A DNA stretch of 24,406 nucleotides from Chloroflexota bacterium (GTDB lineage: Bacteria > Chloroflexota > Limnocylindria > Limnocylindrales > CSP1-4): the NCBI GenBank assembly GCA_005880805.1, contig VBFZ01000128.1, positions 1 through 24,406 on the forward strand, given 5' to 3'. The translations under genes were made by a program, and so were the position numbers. Every line of letters begins with the position of its first letter. The first letter of the stretch is position 1. Under the pieces are notes generated by a model that saw only the letters and a program-made list of their open reading frames with translations, was not told where the DNA came from and made no database searches. This document shows positions 17,291 through 24,406 of the stretch, piece by piece.

Positions 17291-19462
17291 TCAGCGCGAT
17301 AGGCGGACATAGCCCTGCCGACCGATCGCCTCGATGTCCCACCTCGTGCCGAAGGCACGCAGACGCGAGATCCGGATCCGGCCGATCTCCTCGGGAATGT
17401 CCGGCCAGACGGTCAACTCGCCATCGTGGGCATCGAGCCCGAGCATGCTGCGAACCAGGAGCAGCGGCGCTCCCGTCGCCCATGCCTGCGGACTGCAAGC
17501 GGTCGGGTAGGGGATCGGGAAGCTGCCGAAGGCCCGCGGATAACCGGAGAAGGCCTCCGGCAGCCGGTATCCGGAGGTCGCGGCCGCGTCGAGCAACGCG
17601 AGGGTGATCCTGTTCGCCTCGGCCCGGAAGCCGTAGCGCGACAGGCCCAGCGCGATGATCGACGTGTCGTGCGGCCACACGGTCCCCAGGTGATAACCGA
17701 TCGGATTGAAGCCCTTGTCAGCCGTCGACAGCGTCCGAACACCCCAGCCCGAGAACAGTTCGTCGGACATCAGCTGGCGGGCGACGATCGCAGCCCGCTC
17801 CGGGCTCACGATCTCGCTCCACAGCAGGTGGCCGATGTTGGAGGTCAGTGAGTCGATCTGGCGCTTGTCCCCGTCGAGCCCGATCGCGAAGTAGCCACCC
17901 CGCTCGTCGATCCAGAAGTCCCGGTTGAAGCGCTCGCGGAGCTGCTCCGCCTCGGTGCGCAGCCGGCCCGCGAGCTCGGGGTCCTGAAGCGGACCATCCG
18001 CCAGTTCGGCGACGCGTCGCTTCGCGTCGTACACGTAGCCCTGGATCTCGCAGGTGGCGATCGGCAGTACGGGGAGCGTCCCGTCCGCGAACTGGACCCC
18101 ATCCCACGAGTCCCGCCAGCACTGGTTGCCGAGGCCCTGAGGTGACCGAGTCTGGTATTCGACGTAACCGTCGCCATCGCGATCGCCGTAGTTGTCGATC
18201 CAGTCGAGCGCTGCCCGGACGTTGTCGCGAAGCGATCGGACGAGATCGTCGTCAGCCGACCAGCGCCAGTACTCGGAGAGCAGGATCAGCCAGAGGATCG
18301 TGGCGTCGGCCGTCCCGTAGTACGGGTTGTGCGGCTTGATGCCGAGCTGGGTCAGCTCACCGGCGCGGAGCTCGTGCAGCATCTTGCCCGGCTCCTCGTC
18401 GCGGAAGTCGTCGCGTTCGGTGCCCTGGAAGCGGGCCAGCGCGATCAGCGCGCCGCGGGCCAGCAGCGGCCCGAAGGAGACCGTCTGGTACGCGGTGATG
18501 AGCGTGTCCCGGCCGAACAGTGTGAGGAACCACGGCAGTCCCGCGGCCGGAACCACGACTTGAACGTCGTCCTGCGCGGCCTCGAGCTTGAGCGCCAGGA
18601 GGTCGCGTGCCGACTGCACGATGACTTGCCGCAGCAGGTACGAGTCCGTCTCGAACTGAGGTCGCTGCTCGCGCCACTGGCTGATCGGGTCCTGCTTCGG
18701 CGGGCCGCTGACGTCCCCGAAGTCGTGGTGGATGGGCTGTAGCTCTGCGGGCCCCAGCTTCAGCGGGACGTTGAACTCGCAGGTCCACTCGCCACGCGGT
18801 GGCAGCTCGAGATTCCAGACCAGGTCGTCACCATCGACCACGTCGGCCGGGGCCGAAACGTTGACCGTCGTCTCGGCCTGGAAAGCGTCGTGCCGGTAGC
18901 GGAACGTCAAGCGCGATCCGTCCGCCGCGTGATCTCTCGTGATCTCCTGGCCGCGGTCACGCACCCGGTCCTTGATCTCGAAGATGTCCGCGAAGTCGTT
19001 TCCGGTGGCGAGGCGAAGCTCGATACGAATGGGCGTGGAGGCGAAGCTCCGGAGCTCGATGCGCTCGTGCAGACCCTGGCCGACGAAGCGCAGGCGGCGG
19101 ACGGCGATGGTGTTCGGCATCATCCCCGGCAGCTGGCCATTGGTCAGGAAGAACGCGGCGGAGTAGTAGTCGACCAGACCCGATCGGAGCGCCAGGAACC
19201 TGGCGCCATTGACGGTCAGCAGCCAGCGGCTGAGGAACCGCGTGTCGGCGTGGACGAGCCCGCCGATCGTGCCACCGGGCACGTCGCCCACCGAATCCGA
19301 GTACATGAACGAGCGGCCCTCGAGGACCGCGATCGCGTCGGTCCCGAGCTCTGGCGGCAGGTTTCTTCCCTCGGTGCTCGGAACGCTCGCGTCTTTTGTG
19401 ATGCCCGGCATCGGGTCGGCCGGCGTGGCGCGCCGTCCCTGTGCCACCTGCACTGCGCTCAT
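17291..19462 (-). CDS. glycogen-debranching-enzyme-type glucosidase (amylo-alpha-1,6-glucosidase family; GDE_N + GDE_C six-hairpin domain)
   Basis: Start trimmed to MSAVQVAQGRR with GGGAGG 6 nt upstream. The track ORF has an extra 57 aa. Conserved LTLFGRDTLI and other GDE_C motifs are present. 723 aa. Confidence 0.7.
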   Translation of the reverse strand: MSAVQVAQGRRATPADPMPGITKDASVPSTEGRNLPPELGTDAIAVLEGRSFMYSDSVGDVPGGTIGGLVHADTRFLSRWLLTVNGARFLALRSGLVDYYSAAFFLTNGQLPGMMPNTIAVRRLRFVGQGLHERIELRSFASTPIRIELRLATGNDFADIFEIKDRVRDRGQEITRDHAADGSRLTFRYRHDAFQAETTVNVSAPADVVDGDDLVWNLELPPRGEWTCEFNVPLKLGPAELQPIHHDFGDVSGPPKQDPISQWREQRPQFETDSYLLRQVIVQSARDLLALKLEAAQDDVQVVVPAAGLPWFLTLFGRDTLITAYQTVSFGPLLARGALIALARFQGTERDDFRDEEPGKMLHELRAGELTQLGIKPHNPYYGTADATILWLILLSEYWRWSADDDLVRSLRDNVRAALDWIDNYGDRDGDGYVEYQTRSPQGLGNQCWRDSWDGVQFADGTLPVLPIATCEIQGYVYDAKRRVAELADGPLQDPELAGRLRTEAEQLRERFNRDFWIDERGGYFAIGLDGDKRQIDSLTSNIGHLLWSEIVSPERAAIVARQLMSDELFSGWGVRTLSTADKGFNPIGYHLGTVWPHDTSIIALGLSRYGFRAEANRITLALLDAAATSGYRLPEAFSGYPRAFGSFPIPYPTACSPQAWATGAPLLLVRSMLGLDAHDGELTVWPDIPEEIGRIRISRLRAFGTRWDIEAIGRQGYVRLSR

Positions 19463-19496
19463 GTCGGCCTCCCGGCTGTTCGGTCTCGAGGCGACC

Positions 19497-19508
19497 GGGG
19501 CCGGCCCC
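19497..19508. promoter_or_regulatory. 12-bp perfect palindrome GGGGCCGGCCCC about 35 nt upstream of the glucosidase start codon
   Basis: Read directly in the 243-bp intergenic region. A nearby GTGGA-N10-TCCAC inverted repeat is also present. Confidence 0.2.
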
Positions 19509-19705
19509 TCCTCTCGCGGGGAGCTGGACGGGGGGCGACCCCGGCACGCGGCCAGCGTCGTCTGTGGACGGGCGGCCATCCACCGGGCGGACACGCGAAC
19601 CGGACCCCGGCGCGCACCCAGCCCCGGGGTCATCGCTCGATCGAGGTCCGGTGCTTCCTCAGCGGTGCTGCGATCGTCGGCGCGAGACGCCGCTCGTTTT
19701 CAGTC

Positions 19706-20701
19706 TTACCTGCTCCACGATCCGCGAGGCGGGCGGCCCGGCAAAGCCGCCGGTTCGAGGGCACGGCGATCCCATCCGCCGAGGTCGGCGCCGGCCGTGT
19801 AGGTCGATTGGAAGAACGCGAGCACGGCTGCGTCCGGATCCGGCGCCTGACGCACCGCGTCGTAAGGCAGGATGAACTCGCCGAGCTCGCTGTCGAAGAA
19901 CGCCTCGTCCGGCCGGACCCCAGCCGTCCGGTAACCTGCAGGCTCGGGATACGTGTAGGCGTAGAACGCCGGTCCGAACCGCTCGTTCAGCGGCCACCAG
20001 CCCGTGGCGCTCTCCTCGTAGCAGTACGCCTCCTCCATGACCCAGTCAGGGCAGTTCATGACGCCGCCGGGGTGGCGCGGGGCAGGACGCCCGGAGTAGC
20101 GCGAGGTCGCCAGGTCGAAGCCGCCCCAGAAGAAGTGGACGGGGCTGGCCTTGCCGACGAACCCGGTCTGGAACGCCTTGATCACCCGGTCCGCCTGGAC
20201 GAGGCCCCGCCAGAACGCGGTCGCGTGGTCCGGATCGTAGGTGGCGTGCTTCTCGTCGGACGGGAACGGGATCGCGTCGGCGACCTCCATCGGCCGGGGC
20301 GAAATCCGGACTGCGATGTCGAGCTGCCTGAGACCGTCCGTCAGCTCGCGGTAGAAGCGTGCAACCGACTCCTGCTGGAGGCTTCGTTGGAACACCTTGC
20401 CGTCGCTGACGCCGACGAGCAGTCGATGGTCGAGGAAGTCGAAGTCGATCTGGAAGTAGCGAAGTCCATACGGAATCGGGGACGTCGTCAGGCCGCGCGG
20501 GCTGACATACAGAACCACGTGCCAGAAGTGATTGAGAGGTGGGGCGAGGGCCAGGCGGACCTTGCCGGCAATCTGCGTCCACCTATGGAGCGTCGCCAGC
20601 GTCGCTCCCCAGTCGCGCCATGGGAGTTCCGGCCAGGGCTGATGGGTTTCAGTCCTGCCGCCCCTCGGTGTTGCCGGGGTGCGGGCGTGGTCGATCGCCA
20701 T
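19706..20701 (-). CDS. DUF5996-like conserved hypothetical protein
   Basis: Start trimmed to MAIDHARTPATPRGGRTETHQPWPELPWRDW...TLHRWTQIAGKVRLALAPPLNHFWHVVLYV, which matches my recollection of the DUF5996 N-terminal signature. 331 aa. It lies 13 nt downstream of the DinB-like gene. Confidence 0.5.
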   Translation of the reverse strand: MAIDHARTPATPRGGRTETHQPWPELPWRDWGATLATLHRWTQIAGKVRLALAPPLNHFWHVVLYVSPRGLTTSPIPYGLRYFQIDFDFLDHRLLVGVSDGKVFQRSLQQESVARFYRELTDGLRQLDIAVRISPRPMEVADAIPFPSDEKHATYDPDHATAFWRGLVQADRVIKAFQTGFVGKASPVHFFWGGFDLATSRYSGRPAPRHPGGVMNCPDWVMEEAYCYEESATGWWPLNERFGPAFYAYTYPEPAGYRTAGVRPDEAFFDSELGEFILPYDAVRQAPDPDAAVLAFFQSTYTAGADLGGWDRRALEPAALPGRPPRGSWSR

Positions 20702-20714
20702 GGGCCTGGGCTTA

Positions 20715-21215
20715 CTACTCGGCGGGGCGCCGCGCGACGAGCTCCGTGACCCACTCGCGGAGCCGTCCCACGTGCTCTGCGTAGTGCTCCGAGCCGGACT
20801 TGCGAATCCACCAGGCGGCCTCGTCCGTGGGCTCGCGGAGCGCATACCAGTCCTGGATCATCCGGGTTCTGCCGGCGTTCGCCTGCACCCAGGCCAGCTG
20901 CCAGGGCTGATTGGCCATCGCTGCCAGGAACGCCGCGTTGAGGCCGTCGATGTCCACGTCGTGGCCCTCGTAGGTCCCCGCGTTGATCCGCTCGAACTGG
21001 ACTTCAGCTTCGGCGAGCCACGTGCCGAGGTGGGCGACGACATCGCGCACGGCCCAGTCCGGATCGTGGTAGTAACCCGGCTCCATGCACTCCTCGGGGG
21101 TCAGAGCGCGCACGAGGGTGATGAGCTCGTACCAGCCGAGCCGCTCGGCCTCGATCGCGTCGGCGTACGGGTGGTCCGGCCCCGCGCTCGTGAGCGAAGA
21201 GTGCTGGCTGCTCAT
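20715..21215 (-). CDS. DinB/YfiT-like (DinB_2 / MDMPI_N-type) metal-dependent thiol-transferase-fold protein
   Basis: Start trimmed to MSSQHSSLTSAGPDHPYADAIEAERLGWYELITLV, giving 166 aa. There is a His-rich triad context (VVAHLGTW ... EHYAEHVGRL). Its ATG overlaps the rhodanese TGA (ATGA). Confidence 0.6.
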   Translation of the reverse strand: MSSQHSSLTSAGPDHPYADAIEAERLGWYELITLVRALTPEECMEPGYYHDPDWAVRDVVAHLGTWLAEAEVQFERINAGTYEGHDVDIDGLNAAFLAAMANQPWQLAWVQANAGRTRMIQDWYALREPTDEAAWWIRKSGSEHYAEHVGRLREWVTELVARRPAE

Positions 21216-21583
21216 CGGACGGCCACGAACTCGCCTTCGAGCGGAAGGCCCGCATCCTCCCAGTCGAGCAGCCCGCCCGAGTAACGGCGCACGCTCCGGT
21301 AGCCGCGCCGGACAAGGTCCCGATACAGCGCGACGCTCGAGAGGCAGTCCATGTTGGAACAGTAGACGACGATCTCGTCCTCCGGTCGAACGGCGGCGTA
21401 CAGCTCCTCGGGGGTGTCGAAATGGACCGACCCCGGGATGTGCTTGGCGTCGAATGCCCACCGATTGAGCGCCATGATCAGCTTGAAGTCGTCGCCACGA
21501 TCCAGCTTCGCGCGCAGCTCCTCGCGGCCGATCGTCCGGATCGGCTCGCTGCCAAGCGCCGCGCTGGACCGAGGCTGTTCCAC
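21212..21583 (-). CDS. single-domain rhodanese-like sulfurtransferase
   Basis: The rhodanese homology IRTIGREELRAKLDRGDDFKLI ... VVYCSNMDC contains the active-site Cys loop (CSNMDC). I take the start as GTG (VEQPRSS...), giving 123 aa. The rest of the 573-aa track ORF is an artefact. Confidence 0.72.
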   Translation of the reverse strand: MEQPRSSAALGSEPIRTIGREELRAKLDRGDDFKLIMALNRWAFDAKHIPGSVHFDTPEELYAAVRPEDEIVVYCSNMDCLSSVALYRDLVRRGYRSVRRYSGGLLDWEDAGLPLEGEFVAVR

Positions 21584-21637
21584 ATTGGAACGATACGCTT
21601 GACAGCGGGAGTTCCATTGAGCTGATCCCTGAAGCGC

Positions 21638-21702
21638 CCGCGCATGCGGCGTCGAAGTCCCCCCGACGCCGCATGCGGCGTCGAAGTCCCCCCGACGCCA
21701 AC
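21638..21702. promoter_or_regulatory. tandem repeat of about 29-30 bp, 2 copies, each containing the 18-bp perfect palindrome GACGCCGCATGCGGCGTC (candidate operator pair)
   Basis: Unit GCATGCGGCGTCGAAGTCCCCCC(C)GACGCC appears twice back to back in the divergent region between the rhodanese operon and the amidase gene. Coordinates are +/-2 nt. Confidence 0.6.
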
Positions 21703-21724
21703 AGATCCCGTGGAGGTCCGCGTG

Positions 21725-23461
21725 ATGAGCAGCTCGGCTCGGCGATCCCTGGTTTTCGTTGCCCTTCTCAGCCTTCTGTTTGCAGCGTCTGGCGCGGTGG
21801 CGCCGGCAGCCCTCGCCGGGCCGCCGCCGACCAACACCCGCGTTGCGGGAATCAACATCGACGCGACGACCATCCCGCAGCTGCAATCGCTGATGGACCG
21901 GCACCGCCTCACGTCGGTCCAGCTCGTCCAGTTCTACACGCACCGAATCACCAAGCTGAACGGCAAGCTCCACGCAGTCATCACGGTCAGCCCGACTGCG
22001 TTGGCTGAGGCGCGCGCCGCCGACGCGGCCCGGCGACGCGGCATCCACAAGCCCCTGCTCGGAATTCCGATCATCGTCAAGGACAACATCGACACGACCC
22101 GCATGCCGACGACGGCCGGTTCCTGGGCGCTCGCCGGCTCCACCCCGGCGGACGCCTTCATCGTCCAGCGACTTCGGGCAGCCGGGGCGCTCGTCATCGG
22201 CAAGGCCAACCTGTCCGAGTGGGCGAACTGGCGCTCGAACCCGTCGTCCTCCGGCTGGAGCGGGATAGGCGGCCAGACGAACATGCCGTATGTCCTCGAT
22301 CGCAACCCGTGCGGGTCGAGCTCCGGCTCGGGTGTGGTCGCCGCCGCCGACCTGGCCGTCGCGGCCGTCGGCACTGAAACGGACGGGTCGGTCGTCTGCC
22401 CCTCCGGCGCCAACGGGGTCGTCGGCATCAAGCCGACGGTCGGGCTTCTGAGCAGGGCCGGGATCGTCCCGATCACGGCCGACCAGGACACGTCCGGACC
22501 CATCGCCCGGAACGTCACCGACGCGGCAGTCCTCCTTGGCGCCATGACCGGCATCGATGCCAACGATGCCGCGACCCTGGCGCAGGCAGGCCACGCGTTC
22601 ACCGACTACACGCAATTCCTCGACACGCACGCCCTCGACGGTGCCCGGATCGGCGTCTGGGTTGACGGTACGTACGACCCCGCGAAAGTCCCCGAGGTCA
22701 CGCCGATCCTCAATGCGACGGTCGATGCGATCGAGGGCGCCGGCGCGACCACAGTCTCGGCCGACATCCTCCCGAACACGGCCGCGACGGGCGCGATCTA
22801 TACCGCCGAGTTCAATGCCCTGACCTGTGAGTTCAAGACCGACATCGCGACCTATCTGCACACATATGCACCCGGCTATCCCGTCGGCTACTCGAAGGAT
22901 CTCGCGGGCCTGATCGCCTTCAACGTGGACCATCCCCAGCTCGAAGGCCCATGGAACAACGCGCTCTGGGTGGGCTCGCAGGCCACCGGCGGGCGAGACG
23001 CCGCCTGTGCCGCCCAGCGGGCCGCCGCGACGCCGCCGACACAGGCGCTGATCGACAAGCTATTCGCCGACAACGACCTCGATGCGGTCATCGCGTTGAC
23101 GAACGGCCCGGCGTGGGTGACTGATCCCGTCAACGGCGACTTGAGTGGCGATTTCTCGCTGTTCGTCGGCTCGTCGAGCGCGGCCGCGATCTCCGGGTAC
23201 GCCGACATCACGGTCCCGGCCGGGTACGTCGGCTCCCTGCCGATTGGCATTACATTCATCGGCCGGGCCTGGGACGAGCCGAAGCTCATCGCTCTCGCCT
23301 ACGCGTTCGAGCAGGCGACGCACGTTCGTGTGCCGCCGAGCTTCCTGGCCTCCGAACCCGCCACCGCGGCCGGCGCGTCGAGCAAGTCGGCGGCACACGA
23401 GCCGAAGCGGGGGATCGTCCCGGGTCGAAACGGCCATTGGAGGTTGGTCGGTACGCACTGA
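21725..23461 (+). CDS. secreted amidase-signature (AS) family amidase (GatA-like fold)
   Basis: Start trimmed to MSSSARRSLVFVALLSLLFAASGAVAPAALA, a signal peptide with a Tat-like SARRSLVF motif; GGAGG lies upstream. Ser-cis-Ser-Lys AS motifs are present (GGSSGGSG-like GSSSGSG, KDNIDT). 578 aa. Confidence 0.78.
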   Translation: MSSSARRSLVFVALLSLLFAASGAVAPAALAGPPPTNTRVAGINIDATTIPQLQSLMDRHRLTSVQLVQFYTHRITKLNGKLHAVITVSPTALAEARAADAARRRGIHKPLLGIPIIVKDNIDTTRMPTTAGSWALAGSTPADAFIVQRLRAAGALVIGKANLSEWANWRSNPSSSGWSGIGGQTNMPYVLDRNPCGSSSGSGVVAAADLAVAAVGTETDGSVVCPSGANGVVGIKPTVGLLSRAGIVPITADQDTSGPIARNVTDAAVLLGAMTGIDANDAATLAQAGHAFTDYTQFLDTHALDGARIGVWVDGTYDPAKVPEVTPILNATVDAIEGAGATTVSADILPNTAATGAIYTAEFNALTCEFKTDIATYLHTYAPGYPVGYSKDLAGLIAFNVDHPQLEGPWNNALWVGSQATGGRDAACAAQRAAATPPTQALIDKLFADNDLDAVIALTNGPAWVTDPVNGDLSGDFSLFVGSSSAAAISGYADITVPAGYVGSLPIGITFIGRAWDEPKLIALAYAFEQATHVRVPPSFLASEPATAAGASSKSAAHEPKRGIVPGRNGHWRLVGTH

Positions 23462-23474
23462 ATGGGGCTCGCGG

Positions 23475-23960
23475 CTACCCGCGACACTCGAAATGAATAT
23501 CTGCCGGCTCGAGGGCGAACAACACGGGGTCGGGCTCGTCGATGACCCGGCACCCGCGGTGCAGGTAGAAGCCGACTGTGTTCTCGGAAGGCGTCGCTGA
23601 CACGTAGAGGCCGGCGCCGCCCAGCCCCGCGACGAAGGCCTGCGCCGCTTCAAAGAGCTCGGAACCCAGGCCGAGCCGGCGGTAGTCGCGACCAACGTGC
23701 AGGAAGGTCAACTGTCGCAGGTCGTGGCTGCGGCCGAGCGGCAGCGTGTCGACGACGGCCAGTGCGACCAGGTGGTCGCCGTCGAACACGCCCAGGAAGG
23801 CACCGCCGCGGTCCAACGTTGCCTCGAAGATCGGGGCCAGCTTCTCCGGGTCGCCGGGCGGCCAGCCGCGGATGTCGAAGGGGTCCGGTCGTGAGACCAG
23901 CTGGGGGCAGCTCGTCCCGGCGAAGCCGCCGTCGAACCAGGTCCATTGCCGCGGCAGCAT
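23475..23960 (-). CDS. GNAT family N-acetyltransferase
   Basis: Start trimmed to MLPRQWTWFDGGF..., giving 161 aa. The acetyl-CoA-binding region RRLGLGSELFEAAQAFVAGLGGAGLYVSA is present. The track's longer start would overlap the divergent gene's ATG. Confidence 0.65.
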   Translation of the reverse strand: MLPRQWTWFDGGFAGTSCPQLVSRPDPFDIRGWPPGDPEKLAPIFEATLDRGGAFLGVFDGDHLVALAVVDTLPLGRSHDLRQLTFLHVGRDYRRLGLGSELFEAAQAFVAGLGGAGLYVSATPSENTVGFYLHRGCRVIDEPDPVLFALEPADIHFECRG

Positions 23961-24045
23961 GCGCGGTCGGGGGCCCTCATTGCGACCAGCTGGCGCCGAT
24001 TTTGGGTGTTGACCTTGGAGCGGCTCCAAGGCGTAGCGTCGCCAC

Positions 24046-24406
24046 ATGAGCCTCCCCGAGTCCGGCTATCTCATGATCGCCGATCTGACCGGCTACACGG
24101 CCTACCTTTCGAGCAGCGAGCTCGAGCACGCGCCTACGATCGCCGGCGACCTGCTCGAGACCATCGTCGGCCGGCTCGAGCCGCCGTTCCGCCTGGCGAA
24201 GTTCGAGGGCGATGCAGCCTTCCTGTACGTCGAGGATGAGCGGGCCGACGGCTCTCTGCTCGTCGACGCCCTCGAGGCCGCCTACCTCGCCTTCCGGCGC
24301 CGGCTGCGCAGCATCGAACAGGCGACAAGCTGCGACTGCAACTCGTGCCGGCTTGCTCCCCGGCTCGATCTGAAGCTGTTCATGCACCACGGCTCGTACA
24401 TCCGGA
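24046..24406 (+). CDS. DUF2652-like protein, N-terminal 120 aa (truncated by the window end)
   Basis: My own translation from the ATG at 24046 gives MSLPESGYLMIADLTGYTAYLSSSELEHAPTIAGDLLETIVGRLEPPFRLAKFEGDAAFLYV..., with no stop before the window end. It is not in the ORF track. Confidence 0.45.
   Translation, partial: MSLPESGYLMIADLTGYTAYLSSSELEHAPTIAGDLLETIVGRLEPPFRLAKFEGDAAFLYVEDERADGSLLVDALEAAYLAFRRRLRSIEQATSCDCNSCRLAPRLDLKLFMHHGSYIR

Noticed and set aside
19650-19700. CGGCG-N5-CGCCG hairpin followed by TTTT downstream of the DUF5996-like gene
   Set aside because: The T-run is on the plus strand while the terminating transcript would be minus-strand. The stem is only 5 bp. Confidence is too low to call a terminator.
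21200-21720. 1-nt disagreements between my own base counting and the ORF-track frames (e.g. ccggaTcgg near 21540; run of 6 vs 7 C in the first repeat copy)
   Set aside because: My nucleotide-level reading is probably at fault; I cannot verify it. I kept all CDS coordinates in the track's coordinate system and flagged motif coordinates as +/-1-2 nt. A real frameshift would have disrupted the track ORFs, and it did not.
1-24406. CRISPR arrays, tRNA/rRNA genes, IS elements/transposases, integrases, defence-system ATPases/nucleases, toxin-antitoxin pairs
   Set aside because: I found no repeat-spacer arrays, no cloverleaf-compatible tRNA-like segments, no DDE/Y-recombinase-like ORFs and no low-GC island. 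The window looks like core chromosome, not a mobile or defence locus.

Overview
This is a high-GC (about 70%) chromosomal window of actinobacterial type with roughly 24 genes and no rRNA, tRNA, CRISPR or transposase signal. The clearest unit is a complete arginine deiminase (ADI) operon on the minus strand, arcA-arcB-arcC, followed by a YfcC/DcuC-family permease sitting where the ArcD arginine/ornithine antiporter usually is. Other contents, from start to end: a partial P-type ATPase N-terminus at the window start (absent from the ORF track because it runs off the edge); two tandem paralogous 140-aa 4-TM proteins divergent from arcA; and a ZIP metal permease. There is then a membrane-protein cluster: an AI-2E transporter translationally coupled to an SPFH/band-7 protein, a holin-like/alkaline-phosphatase-superfamily fusion, a DUF4203-like protein, a 744-aa internally duplicated AI-2E fusion, and a Pro/Thr-rich lipoprotein. 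Further on are a glycogen-debranching-type glucosidase with a CMD (AhpD-like) protein, a rhodanese / DinB-like / DUF5996-like operon, a secreted amidase-signature enzyme with a possible Tat signal, a GNAT acetyltransferase, and a partial DUF2652-like gene at the 3' edge. Non-coding signals are three: a 30-bp tandem repeat upstream of arcA; a roughly 30-bp tandem repeat carrying an 18-bp perfect palindrome in the rhodanese/amidase divergent promoter region; and short inverted repeats at other promoters. No regulator gene (ArgR, ArcR or other) is visible in the window. The ORF track accepts GTG/TTG starts and often over-extends N-termini (arcA is listed as 582 aa but is about 436 aa), so I trimmed starts using RBS and homology. 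My own base counting disagrees with the track by 1 nt in the 21.2-21.7 kb region; I trust the track, so motif coordinates there are +/-1-2 nt.
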